Source of the DNA: Candidatus Eiseniibacteriota bacterium
GTDB taxonomy: Bacteria; Eisenbacteria; RBG-16-71-46
Direction: 5' to 3'
DNA length: 59,908 nucleotides
Assembly: GCA_044222065.1 (NCBI GenBank)
Contig: JBGAOA010000020.1
Span: 1 to 59,908, forward strand
Below, piece by piece: positions 28,479 to 40,130 of the stretch. The number at the start of each line of letters is the position of its first letter. Position 1 is the stretch's first letter. The notes beneath the pieces are model-generated. The model ran no database searches, was not told the DNA's origin, and saw only the letters and a program-made list of their open reading frames with translations. Position numbers and translations under genes: made by a program.

Positions 28479-29621
28479 TCACGGCTTCCACTCGGCGACG
28501 AACAGGTTCGTCTCCCCCGGCGCCTTGCCGCCGCGATTCGAGGCGAACACGAGCCAGCGGCCGTCGGGATGGAACATCGGGAAGCCGTCGAAGTCGGCGT
28601 CGCGCGTCACGGCCTGCGGCTCGCCGCCCGCGACGTCCACGAGGTAGAGGTCGAAGTTGCGTCCGCGCGGATTCTCCCAGTTCGACGAGTAGATGAGCCG
28701 CTTCCCGTCGGGCGTGAAGTACGGCGCGAACGACGCCCCGGGCTTGTTCGTGACCTGGCGCTTGCCGCTGCCGTCCGAGCGCATCACCCACAGGTTCATG
28801 TGCGACGGCCGCACGAGGTTCTCTGCGAGCAGCGCGCGGAAGTCCTCGAGCTTCTTCGGGTCCGAGAGATCGTCGCGCCGCCAGCAGATCCACTTGCCGT
28901 CGCGCGAGTAGAACGCGCCGCCGTCGTAGCCGGGCTCGTGCGTGAGGCGCCGCACGCCGGAGCCATCCGGGCGCATCTCGTACAGCTCGATGTCGCCGTC
29001 GCGGACCGACGTGAACACGATGCGGCGGCCGTCCACCGACACCGTCGCCTCGGCGTCGTAGCCGGGCGAGTTCGTGAGGCGCTTCAGGTCGCCGCCGTCG
29101 GGCGTCGCGGTCCAGATGTCGTAGCTCGGGTAGAGCGGCCAGACGTAGCCCTTCGACATGTCGGGCGTCGGCGGGCACGCGTCCCCGCCGCCATGCGTCG
29201 AACCGAACAGGATGCGGCGGTCGCCGTCGTAGAAGTAGCCGCACGTGCAGCGCCCCTTGCCCGTGCTCACCCTGCGGCTCGACCCGTTCGCGAGGTCGTA
29301 GACGTACATCTCGTCGCACGGGTACTCGCCGCGAGTGGACTGCAGGATCAGCTTCGAGCCGTCGCCCGACCAGTAGCCCTCGGCGTTCTCGCCGCCGAAC
29401 GTGAGCTGCCACAGGTGCGCGAAGTGCGTCTCGCCGGCGCGGATCAGCGTGTCCTGGTTGACCGCGTGCGCGGCGGCCGGATCGAAGCGGACCGTTCGCC
29501 CCTTCGTCTCGCCCGGCCGCGTGGCGAGCGCGACGAGCGCGAGCGCGGCGACGGCGCCGATTCCGATTCCCGCGAACGCGCGGCCGCGCCCCCTCCACCC
29601 GAAACGACGATCCCTGTTCAT
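28479..29621 (-). CDS. TolB-like PD40 beta-propeller protein
   Basis: QLTFGGENAEGYWS.DG, LTNSPGYDAEA, GYDGGAFYS.DG, FDGFPMFHPDG..LVFASNR. Confidence 0.88.
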   Translation of the reverse strand: MNRDRRFGWRGRGRAFAGIGIGAVAALALVALATRPGETKGRTVRFDPAAAHAVNQDTLIRAGETHFAHLWQLTFGGENAEGYWSGDGSKLILQSTRGEYPCDEMYVYDLANGSSRRVSTGKGRCTCGYFYDGDRRILFGSTHGGGDACPPTPDMSKGYVWPLYPSYDIWTATPDGGDLKRLTNSPGYDAEATVSVDGRRIVFTSVRDGDIELYEMRPDGSGVRRLTHEPGYDGGAFYSRDGKWICWRRDDLSDPKKLEDFRALLAENLVRPSHMNLWVMRSDGSGKRQVTNKPGASFAPYFTPDGKRLIYSSNWENPRGRNFDLYLVDVAGGEPQAVTRDADFDGFPMFHPDGRWLVFASNRGGKAPGETNLFVAEWKP

Positions 29622-31609
29622 GGCCTTCTCCCCAGAGTCGCGACCAGCGTGCGCTCCTCGGCGCCGCGCTTCACCGTGATCCGCACGTCCTGCCCCGGCT
29701 TCCTCGACCGCAGCGCGAACGTGTAGTCGTAGATGTTGTCGATGCGCACGTCGTCGAACTTCACGATGACGTCGCCCTGCAGCAGCCCCGCCTTCTCGGC
29801 CGGACTCCCCGCCCGCACGCCCGACAGCAGCACGCCGCCCTCGGTCTGCAGGTAGTCGGGAATCGTGCCGAGGTACGCGCCGTAGCCGCCGCCTCCGGCG
29901 ATGCGTCCGGTCGAGCTGTCGGCCTTCGCCTTCTGATACGTGAGTCGCGGGCGCGCGTCCAGCGTTTCCACGACCGCGGCCGCGAAGTTCGCGATCCGCG
30001 CGATGCCGGCCGCGTGCACCCTGTCCCACGTGTCGCTCGGCTTGTGGTAGTCGCCGTGCGAGCCCGTGAACAGGAACAGCACCGGGACCTGCTTCTTGTA
30101 GAACGACGAGTGGTCGCTCGGTCCGAAGCCGTCGCCGGACGACTTGAGCTGGAACCGCGCCGCCGCGTTGACGCCGTCGAGCACCGCGGGCCACTCGCGC
30201 GCCGTCTCGACGCCCGACACCGCGAGCTTGTCGTCGCGCAGGCGGCCGATCATGTCCATGTTGATCATCGCCTCGACCGATTCGATCGGCCGCGTCGGAT
30301 CGTCCACGAAGTGGCCCGACCCGAGCAGTCCCGACTCCTCGCCCGTGAAGGCCGCGAACACGAGGTTGTGCTCGGGCTTCCAGTGGCGGTCGCGCGCCTT
30401 CGACGCGAAGTGCCGCGCGACGCCGAGCAGGCCGGCCGTCCCCGAGGCGTTGTCGTCCGCGCCCGGGTGCACGGCGTGCACGTTCGGCGACAGCGAGCTC
30501 TCGCCACCCCAGCCGAGGTGGTCGTAGTGCGCGCCGACGACGAGCGTGCGCGTCGTGTCGCGGCCCGGCAGCCAGCCGACGACGTTCTCGATCCGCGCGC
30601 GCGTCCGGCGCAGCGTCACGGTCACGCTCACCGTGTCGCCGAGCGCGAAGCTCTGCGGCTTCGCGTGGGCCTCGATCGCGTCCTGTGCGGCGGCGAGCGT
30701 GCGGCCGGAGCCGCGCAGCAGCGCGTCCGCGATGCGCTCCGAGACGTTCGCCGCGAGCAGCCCGCTCGTCATGTAGCCCGCGCCGTCGCCGCGCGGCTTC
30801 CGCAGCGGCTCTCCCGCGTGGTGCTTCGGCCCGTTCACGACGAGCAGGCCGAGCGCGCCGTGCTCGCGCGCGTTGATCGCCTTCGTGCGCAGGTCGGCGT
30901 ACGGCGTGTTCACGCTGCCGTCGAAGCGGCTCGTCGAGTCCATCTCGCCGGGCTCGTTCGTGAGCACGAGCACGAGCTTGTCTCGCACATCGAGGCCCGC
31001 GTAGTCGTCGTACTCGAGCCCGGGCGCCGTGATGCCGTAGCCCGCGAACACGACGGGCGCGCGCACGATGCCGTTCGTCGAGAACCCGATCGGCTGGAAC
31101 TCGTCGCCCACGTCGGCCGAGACGCCGGCGCCCGCGATTCCGCACGGCGTGCCGACCTGAACGCCGGTCGTCACTTCGAAGCTCTGGCGGAACGACGCGC
31201 CGTCGCCGCCCGGCCGCAGTCCGAGCTGGCGCAGCTCCCGCTCGAGGTAGGCCGCGGCGCGCTCGATGCCCTTCGTGCCGACGCCGCGTCCTTCCCAGTC
31301 GGGATTCGCGAGCGTTCGCACGATCGCGCGGTACGCGGCGCTCTCGGGCGCGGCGACGCGCCACCACGAGAGTCCCCACGGGTACCACACGGGATCGTTC
31401 GTCATCGGCTTCGATTCGATGCGCTGCGTCGGCGGCTTCGTGCCCGCGGGCGGCGCGAGCTTCGTCGCCGCGCTCGCGCCGGTCTTCGGCGCGGACATCG
31501 CCGCGCCGGCGCCGCCGCCCTTCTGAGCGTGCGCGGCCGCGACGAGCGCGAGGACCAGTGCGCCGGCCGCGAGCGCCGCCGTGAGTCCCCGCCGGCTTCG
31601 TGACGTCAT
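29618..31609 (-). CDS. M28 family peptidase with PA and PDZ domains
   Basis: EGRGVGT.G, VFAGYGI..DDY, GAHYDHLG, GADDNASG, FTGEE.GLLGS, NMDMIGR, SDH, YHKPSD, C-terminal GTIPDY..SPAEKAGL. Confidence 0.92.
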   Translation of the reverse strand: MTSRSRRGLTAALAAGALVLALVAAAHAQKGGGAGAAMSAPKTGASAATKLAPPAGTKPPTQRIESKPMTNDPVWYPWGLSWWRVAAPESAAYRAIVRTLANPDWEGRGVGTKGIERAAAYLERELRQLGLRPGGDGASFRQSFEVTTGVQVGTPCGIAGAGVSADVGDEFQPIGFSTNGIVRAPVVFAGYGITAPGLEYDDYAGLDVRDKLVLVLTNEPGEMDSTSRFDGSVNTPYADLRTKAINAREHGALGLLVVNGPKHHAGEPLRKPRGDGAGYMTSGLLAANVSERIADALLRGSGRTLAAAQDAIEAHAKPQSFALGDTVSVTVTLRRTRARIENVVGWLPGRDTTRTLVVGAHYDHLGWGGESSLSPNVHAVHPGADDNASGTAGLLGVARHFASKARDRHWKPEHNLVFAAFTGEESGLLGSGHFVDDPTRPIESVEAMINMDMIGRLRDDKLAVSGVETAREWPAVLDGVNAAARFQLKSSGDGFGPSDHSSFYKKQVPVLFLFTGSHGDYHKPSDTWDRVHAAGIARIANFAAAVVETLDARPRLTYQKAKADSSTGRIAGGGGYGAYLGTIPDYLQTEGGVLLSGVRAGSPAEKAGLLQGDVIVKFDDVRIDNIYDYTFALRSRKPGQDVRITVKRGAEERTLVATLGRRP

Positions 31610-32436
31610 TTCGCTCCCTCCCACAGCAGCCGCATGCCCTTGAGCGTGAGCGCCTCGTCCACCACGTTCACGGTCTCGCACTCGGGCGCGATCACCTTCG
31701 CAAGTCCACCGGTGGCAATGACGTGAGGGGTTCCCTTCATCTCGAGCGCGAGTCGCCGGACGAGCGTGTCCACGAGCCCGGCCTGCCCCCAGAGCACGCC
31801 CGCCTGGAGCGCCTCCTCGGTCGTGCGACCGAGCGCGCGCTGCGGCCGGCGCAGCTCGACCTTCGGAATCCGCGCCGCGCGCCGGAACAGCTCCTCGGCG
31901 CTCGTGATGACTCCCGGCGCGATCGCTCCGCCGAGGTAGGCGCCCTGCTTCGACACGCAGTCGAACGTCGTCGCGGTGCCGAGGTCCACGACGATCGCCG
32001 GCGTGCCGTAGATCTCGCGCGCCGCGATCGCGTTCGCGATGCGGTCCGCGCCGACCGCGGTGCGGTCGTGGTAGCGGATCGGGAGGCTCGCCGCGGTGTC
32101 CGCCGTCACCTCGATCGGCGCCGCGCCCGTGAAGCGTTCGAGCGCGCGGATCCACTGCATCGTGAGCGACGGCGCGACGGAGCACACGATCGCGCCCATC
32201 CCCTTGCCGCCGCCCTCGGCGACGCCGTCGCGCCGCATCAGGAATTCGAGCTGCAGGCTGACTTCGTCGGCCGTGAGCCGGCCGCTCGTCATGCGCCAGA
32301 AGTGCAGCACTTCCTTGCCGCGGAACAGCCCCACCACGGTCTCGCTGTTGCCGACGTCCACGGCGAGCAGCCCGCGCGGCGGCACTCGCCGCCGGCCGCG
32401 CTTCGTCACCGGCTCGGTCTTGCGGTTGAACGTCAC
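31606..32436 (-). CDS. coaX: type III pantothenate kinase
   Basis: LAVDVGNS, VGADRIAN, VVDLGTATTFD, GGAIAPG, IATGG. Confidence 0.94.
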   Translation of the reverse strand: MTFNRKTEPVTKRGRRRVPPRGLLAVDVGNSETVVGLFRGKEVLHFWRMTSGRLTADEVSLQLEFLMRRDGVAEGGGKGMGAIVCSVAPSLTMQWIRALERFTGAAPIEVTADTAASLPIRYHDRTAVGADRIANAIAAREIYGTPAIVVDLGTATTFDCVSKQGAYLGGAIAPGVITSAEELFRRAARIPKVELRRPQRALGRTTEEALQAGVLWGQAGLVDTLVRRLALEMKGTPHVIATGGLAKVIAPECETVNVVDEALTLKGMRLLWEGAK

Positions 32437-33383
32437 TCGGAAGCCTCCGCGTCTCGCGCGTCGGACGCGTCGCGACGCTTCGCGACGAAGTACGACAGGC
32501 CGACGCTCAGGAAGTACAGCAGCACCATCGGCACGCCCATGATGAGCTGCGCGGTGACGACGTCGCCGGGCGTGATCATGGCGGTGACGAGGAACGAGCC
32601 CACGATCGCGTATCGCCACTGGCGCAGCAACGTCCCGGGCGTGACGAGCCCGATCGCGGTGATGAGCATGGTCACGAGCGGCAGCTGGAACACGACGCCG
32701 CACGCGATCGCCATGTTGTAGACAAACGTGAGCAGCGATCCGAGCTGGATCTGCGCCCGCATGTTCGGGGTGAGGAAATTGTCGAGCACCTGCATCACGA
32801 CGGGTACGACGTAGAAGTAGGCGCTCGCCGCGCCGAGCGCGAACAGCAGCGCCGACGAGGCGACGAGCCACGGGATCCAGCGGCGTTCTCGGCGGAAGAG
32901 CCCCGGCACGATGAAGCCCCAGATCTGCCACAGCACGTAGGGCAGCGTCACGCCGAGCCCGAGGATCATCGCGAGCTTGAAGCGCTCGTTGAAGGCCTCG
33001 AGCGGCGACAGCACGATCGCCTCCTTCACCGTGCGCGCGATCACGTCCTCGAGCACGCGCGGCGCGAACCACCAGCCGGCGATCGCGCCGACGCCGCCCG
33101 CGACGACGACGCGCATCAGCACGCCCCGCAGCTCCTCGAGGTGCCCGAGGAACGACATGTCGCCGAGGAGGCGCGGATCGTCGTCGTCCGGGTGCTCGGC
33201 GCGCGGACGGCGCGGAACGAGCGCGCGTTCGGGATCTTCGGCGTGGAGCGGATCGCGGCGCGGATCGATCGCGGGCGCCGGAACCGATGCGCCGCCGAGC
33301 GCGGGCGGCGTCGGCGCGGGCAGTTCCGCGGGCTCGCGCGTGCGCTCGACCGGGGCGTCCGGCGCGCCGGGCTCGCCGCTCAC
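32433..33383 (-). CDS. tatC: twin-arginine translocase subunit TatC
   Basis: MSFLGHLEELR, QIWGFIVPGL...E, FQLP, ITPGD. Pro-rich N-terminal extension, start uncertain. Confidence 0.92.
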   Translation of the reverse strand: MSGEPGAPDAPVERTREPAELPAPTPPALGGASVPAPAIDPRRDPLHAEDPERALVPRRPRAEHPDDDDPRLLGDMSFLGHLEELRGVLMRVVVAGGVGAIAGWWFAPRVLEDVIARTVKEAIVLSPLEAFNERFKLAMILGLGVTLPYVLWQIWGFIVPGLFRRERRWIPWLVASSALLFALGAASAYFYVVPVVMQVLDNFLTPNMRAQIQLGSLLTFVYNMAIACGVVFQLPLVTMLITAIGLVTPGTLLRQWRYAIVGSFLVTAMITPGDVVTAQLIMGVPMVLLYFLSVGLSYFVAKRRDASDARDAEASE

Positions 33384-34195
33384 GCGCTCGTCCGGCCGGC
33401 CGCGGGCTCGGCGCCGTCGCCCGCGCGGCCGGCGCGCCGCGTGCCGTCTTCGTGTTCGAGCACGCGCGGGCGGTCGCGATCGAGCGCGCGCGCGACGCCG
33501 CGCCACTCGCCCGCCGGCGTCGCGACCGCGAGCTCGCGTCCCCAGAACGACGCGCGCGCGCTCCACGCGGCGAGCACGGCGTCGCGGTCGCCCTCCTGCG
33601 TCTCGGCCCACAGCGGTTCGAACGCGTTCAGGAACTCGGCCGCGACGCGCTCGCGCGTCGTCGCGACGCCCGCGAGCGCGAGCGAAGTCGCAAGTGCCGC
33701 GATTTCGGGCGCGAAGTCGTCCGCCGACTGCAGCACGTTCACGCCCACGCCGATCACGACCGCGTCCGCACCGCGCGGACCGGGCCGGCTCTCGGCCAGG
33801 ATGCCCGAGACCTTGCGGCCCGAGAGCAGCAGGTCGTTCGGCCACTTGAGTTCGGGTGCGGCGCCGATCCGGTCGAGCGCGCGCGCGAGCGCGAGTCCCG
33901 CGGCGAGCGAGATCACGCCGAGCGGCCGCCGGTCGCAGCCCGGGTGCGCGACGAGCGACAGCGCGAGGCCGCAGCCCGGGGCGTGGTGCCACGCGCGGCC
34001 CTGGCGGCCGCGTCCGGCGTTCTGCACGTCGGCGACGACGACCGCGCCGTCGGGCGCCCCCATCGAGAGCGCATCCCACGCGGCGTCGTTCGTCGAGCCG
34101 ACTTCGGCGCGAGCGATCAGCGTGCGGCCGAACCGGCGCGTCGTGAGCGCGGACTCGAACGCGGCGCGGTCGAACGTCGGCGCGGCCGCCGTCAT
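33380..34195 (-). CDS. birA: biotin--[acetyl-CoA-carboxylase] ligase (no HTH)
   Basis: STND, Q.AGRGRQGRAW, LKWPNDLL..GRKVSGIL.E, IGVGVN. Confidence 0.93.
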   Translation of the reverse strand: MTAAAPTFDRAAFESALTTRRFGRTLIARAEVGSTNDAAWDALSMGAPDGAVVVADVQNAGRGRQGRAWHHAPGCGLALSLVAHPGCDRRPLGVISLAAGLALARALDRIGAAPELKWPNDLLLSGRKVSGILAESRPGPRGADAVVIGVGVNVLQSADDFAPEIAALATSLALAGVATTRERVAAEFLNAFEPLWAETQEGDRDAVLAAWSARASFWGRELAVATPAGEWRGVARALDRDRPRVLEHEDGTRRAGRAGDGAEPAAGRTSA

Positions 34196-35085
34196 CCCAC
34201 GTCCTCGATCTCGAGGCTCAGGTTGAGCGCCGACGCCGAGTGCGTGAGCGCCCCGACCGAAACGTAGTCCGTGCCGGTCTCGGCGAACGCTCGCACCGTC
34301 GTCAGGTCCACCCCGCCCGAGACTTCCACCTCGGGCCAGCGCTTCGCGCCCGCGAAGCGGCGCGGCGAGTCGGACGGATTCGCGGCGCACCACGCGTCGA
34401 TCTCGGCGAGCGCGACGCGCACCTCGTCGGGCGTGCGGTTGTCGAGGAGGATGCGGTCCACGTCCGGCCGCAGCGCTTCCTTGAGTTCGTCGAGCGACTC
34501 GACCTCGACCTCGAGCAGCAGGTCACCCTGGCGCGTGCGCGCGATGCGGTCGAGCGCCGCCGTCACGCCGCCCGCGGCGCGGATGTGGTTGTCCTTGACG
34601 AGGTACATGTCCCAGAGCGCGAGCCGGTGGTTGTGCCCGCCGCCGCACGTCACGGCGTACTTCTCGAGAAAGCGCATCCCGGGCGTGGTCTTGCGCGTGT
34701 CGAGGATCTTCGCGCCCGTCCCGGCGATCGCGTCCACGTAGCGCCGCGTGAGCGTCGCGACGCCCGACAGTCGCTGAAGGAAGTTCAGCGCCGTGCGCTC
34801 GGCCTTGAGGATGCCGCCGACGTCGCCGACGACCTGCGCGACGCCCGCGCCCGCCTTCACGACGTCGCCGTCCTTCGCGATCGCGCGGAAGCGCAGGTTC
34901 GGCTCGGCCTCGCGAAACGTCAGCTTCGCGACATCGAGCCCCGCGAGCACGCCGTCCTGCCGGGCGAGGATCGTCGCGCGCGCGTTCACGCCGCCGCGGA
35001 TGGTGTTGAGCGTCGTCAGGTCGCCCGTGCCGACGTCCTCGGACAGTGCGAACTTCACGATCGGGAGCGCGAACGCTTCGAGCAC
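34192..35085 (-). CDS. nadC: quinolinate phosphoribosyltransferase
   Basis: ED..GDLTT, ERTALNFLQ.LSGVAT, DTRKTTPG, NHR, KDNH, LLDN, SVGALTHS. Confidence 0.96.
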   Translation of the reverse strand: MLEAFALPIVKFALSEDVGTGDLTTLNTIRGGVNARATILARQDGVLAGLDVAKLTFREAEPNLRFRAIAKDGDVVKAGAGVAQVVGDVGGILKAERTALNFLQRLSGVATLTRRYVDAIAGTGAKILDTRKTTPGMRFLEKYAVTCGGGHNHRLALWDMYLVKDNHIRAAGGVTAALDRIARTRQGDLLLEVEVESLDELKEALRPDVDRILLDNRTPDEVRVALAEIDAWCAANPSDSPRRFAGAKRWPEVEVSGGVDLTTVRAFAETGTDYVSVGALTHSASALNLSLEIEDVG

Positions 35086-35087
35086 GG

Positions 35088-37277
<2,190 letters not shown>

Positions 37278-37483
37278 GAGGCGGGCAGAGTAGCGGAGGG
37301 GGGCGTTCGAGCCAACGGCGCGGGCGCGCTCGGATCGAGGATGAGCGGTTGACGCGCGATCGAGGCGTTTGGCAGCGTCGCGCGAAGCTGACTCGGGCGG
37401 CATTCGCAGGGTGCTCAAGCATGAGGACTCCGTCCCGAAGCCAGACCCACGGGATGTGTCTGATCGGTCGGCCAGACGTGAGC

Positions 37484-38296
37484 ATGGGAGGATTCGTGGC
37501 ACCTACGAACGACGCGTCGAGATCCGTCGAGCTGCGACCCGATCAAATGACGTTCAAGCACTTCTCGGAGGTGCTCGCCCCACTCGAGTCATTCGACCCG
37601 AGCGTATTCCTGGCCACCAACGACGAGTCGGCGGACCTCGCGGCATTCGTGCTCGCACTCGCTCTCGCGTTCGACGACATCCGAAACGCGTTCATCGCTC
37701 AAGTGCTCCTCAATCCTGTTGAACCGAGCAACAAGGATGAGCGCACTCCCCGACGCGGGTTTCACGCTGGTCTGCGCGCTCATCTGGTTCGTGTAATCGC
37801 GGGATACCTGCACGAAATGCTGGCGCTCATCGAGAAAGACCGCAAGAAGCAACGCGGGGTGATCGAATCGAATGACTTCCAAGAGCTGCTTCGGAAACTC
37901 AGTCCACAGGCTCGGGAAAGCTGGCAGTTGCTCTACGATGCCGCGACTGGAACGACCGATGGGAACGAACTCAGCCAGTTCCTGGTTCAGATCCGGAACA
38001 ACGTCGCATTTCACTTCGACGGCAAGGCACTCCTCCGTGGCTTCAAGCGGGCCTTCGACCCGGAGCGCACGACTCTGAGGCCGCTCATTTCGAGAGGAAA
38101 TAGTCCACAGACGACCCAGTGCTACTTCGCTGACGCGGCAGCTCAACAGCGAATGCTGGAACTGGTCCCGCATGAGGAGCGTGAGCGATTCTTCACCCTC
38201 GATTCGCCGCTCCTGCTTGCCATTCATCAGCCACTATTCGAGATCGTCGTGGCCTTCGTTCAATCGCGCAGAGGGGCATGGCGCCCCGAGTCGTAG
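37484..38296 (+). CDS. hypothetical helical protein with HEPN-like R-x5-H motif
   Basis: [10 protein letters not shown], visibly lower GC and more A/T-ending codons than flanks. Start uncertain (37484/37496/37547). Confidence 0.6.
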   Translation: MGGFVAPTNDASRSVELRPDQMTFKHFSEVLAPLESFDPSVFLATNDESADLAAFVLALALAFDDIRNAFIAQVLLNPVEPSNKDERTPRRGFHAGLRAHLVRVIAGYLHEMLALIEKDRKKQRGVIESNDFQELLRKLSPQARESWQLLYDAATGTTDGNELSQFLVQIRNNVAFHFDGKALLRGFKRAFDPERTTLRPLISRGNSPQTTQCYFADAAAQQRMLELVPHEERERFFTLDSPLLLAIHQPLFEIVVAFVQSRRGAWRPES

Positions 38297-38336
38297 CGCA
38301 ACGGGACCCCAGCGCGCGCACGCCCTTGCACTCGAA

Positions 38337-38600
38337 CTACGCCCCCACTCGCACCACCGCGTAGAACTCGACCTTGCGAGCGCTCCGGCCCGGACGCACG
38401 AGGCGCCGCCTCGGCGCCGGGACGCGCTGCCCGTCTTCGCGGAGCCCGCGGACGTGCATCGCGATCGCGATCTTGATGCGACGCAGGGTCGAGTCGAGCG
38501 TCTTGCCCACGGCCACGCAGCCGGGAAGGTCGGGCACCGATGCGCCCCAGTCGCTGTCGGCGTCCCTGTCGAATCGCACGAGCCAGTGGCGCTGCCTCAA
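38337..38600 (-). CDS. HicB family antitoxin-like protein
   Basis: WGASVPDLPGCVAVGKT...AIAMHV.GLREDG..VP.P. GGAGGA RBS before TTG. Confidence 0.85.
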   Translation of the reverse strand: MRQRHWLVRFDRDADSDWGASVPDLPGCVAVGKTLDSTLRRIKIAIAMHVRGLREDGQRVPAPRRRLVRPGRSARKVEFYAVVRVGA

Positions 38601-38688
38601 TCGTGCTCCTCCCGCTCCAAGGACGCGAACGCGGGCGAACGTACTCGCTCGCCCGCGCTCGATCAACGGTTGGTCGACACCACGAAAC

Positions 38689-40041
38689 CTAGTACCGCAC
38701 GCGCACCGTGTAGCCGACCACGGTCTCCTTGCCGGCCGGGACCGCGACCTCGAACTGGATCGTGTTCGCGTCCTTGCGCGTGAACGCGTGGGAGTTCTTC
38801 ACGACGTCCACGTCGCCGCCGACGCCCTCTTCCACCACGACGGTCACGTCGCCCTTCTTGCGGTTGCGCAGCTTGATCTCGACCGCGTACTCGCGCTCGC
38901 GGTCGCTGATGCGCTTGTTGTACAGCTCGCGCCGCTCCGCCGGCAGATCGAACGCCTGGCCGACGTCGAGCGTGAGCTTCTCGTCCTCGGCCGTGTGGCG
39001 GATCGTCGTCTCGCCCGTGAACTGCAGTGCGCCGCTCGCGTCGGCCTCGTAGAAGCGCACCCGGCCCGCGGGCAGCGGCACGCCGAGCCCGTTCGCCGAC
39101 TTGTTCTCGAGCACGACCTGCGTCGTCACGCCGCGCGGATCGCCGCCGCGGTAGAGGTAGCGAGGCGCGAATTTCACGTCGCGCGGCTCGTTCATCACGA
39201 GCGCCTGGGTCTCGCGGTCGCGCAGCGTCGCGGGCTTCGCGAGCGTGTACAGGTGGTAGTCCGCGAAGGACTGCTCGCTCATCTCGGGGGCCGCACCGTC
39301 GGCCGTCATCATGGTCTTGAGCTCGTAGCGCTGCGCCGCGACCGGCATCGGCATGCCGCCGCCCGCGCGCCGCGGCTCGCCGGCGACGAGCTTCACCGTG
39401 GCGTCCACGTAGTCGCGGCCGGTCGCGTTGTCCACGTTCACGACCGTGGACCAGCGGCCCGCGGTCTCGCCGCGGCGCACGAGCGTGTGCTCCGCGCTCC
39501 ACGACAGTCCGCCCGTGAGGTACGCGAGTTCGGCCTCGCCGCTCCCGCGCTTGCCCTCGATCACGGCTTCGACCGACGGCCGCAGCGCGAGCCGGCCCGC
39601 GGGCTCGGTGAAGCGCACGCTCTCGACGTTCGCGCGATTCACCGTCACGACGCCGCCGTCGTCGGTCCGCAGCACGAGCCAGGCGCCGTCCGTGACGAGC
39701 AGCGCGCCCTCGGTGATGCGGTCGTCCTTCGACGTCACGCGCACGCGGCGGCCGCGCGACTTCTCGAGCAGGCCATCGCCGCTCGCGACGTCGTAGCGGT
39801 ACGCGAGCCGCGACACGCGCGCGGTCGCGTCCGCGGGCGCGAGCCGCACCGAGCTGAAGTCGAGGCGCTCGGACACGCCCTCGAGGCGGATCGTGTCGCG
39901 CGCGGCGCCGAGCGTGAACGTGCGCGTCTCGCGCACGTAGCCGAGATCCGAGGTGTAGATCGTGACGGCGGGGCCGGCGGCCGCCGGCGCGGCGATGGCG
40001 AGTGCGAGGGCCGCGAGCGGCCCGAAGCGGCGAAGGGTCAT
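38689..40041 (-). CDS. DUF4139-type secreted protein
   Basis: VTIY..DLGYVRETR, YLTGGLSWSA, KLVAG, DYHLY, GLGVPLPAGRVRFY. Signal peptide. Confidence 0.82.
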   Translation of the reverse strand: MTLRRFGPLAALALAIAAPAAAGPAVTIYTSDLGYVRETRTFTLGAARDTIRLEGVSERLDFSSVRLAPADATARVSRLAYRYDVASGDGLLEKSRGRRVRVTSKDDRITEGALLVTDGAWLVLRTDDGGVVTVNRANVESVRFTEPAGRLALRPSVEAVIEGKRGSGEAELAYLTGGLSWSAEHTLVRRGETAGRWSTVVNVDNATGRDYVDATVKLVAGEPRRAGGGMPMPVAAQRYELKTMMTADGAAPEMSEQSFADYHLYTLAKPATLRDRETQALVMNEPRDVKFAPRYLYRGGDPRGVTTQVVLENKSANGLGVPLPAGRVRFYEADASGALQFTGETTIRHTAEDEKLTLDVGQAFDLPAERRELYNKRISDREREYAVEIKLRNRKKGDVTVVVEEGVGGDVDVVKNSHAFTRKDANTIQFEVAVPAGKETVVGYTVRVRY

Positions 40042-40130
40042 CCTGTCCTCCCGGTGAGGTCCCTGGAATCGAGCGTCCGGGGGAACATACGCCGCGGGCC
40101 GGGAATTAGTCCCGCGCCCCGGGGCGCAGG

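Noticed and set aside
37484..38600. HEPN-like ORF and HicB as a cognate TA pair
   Set aside because: Convergent orientation, and HicB normally neutralises HicA-fold toxins
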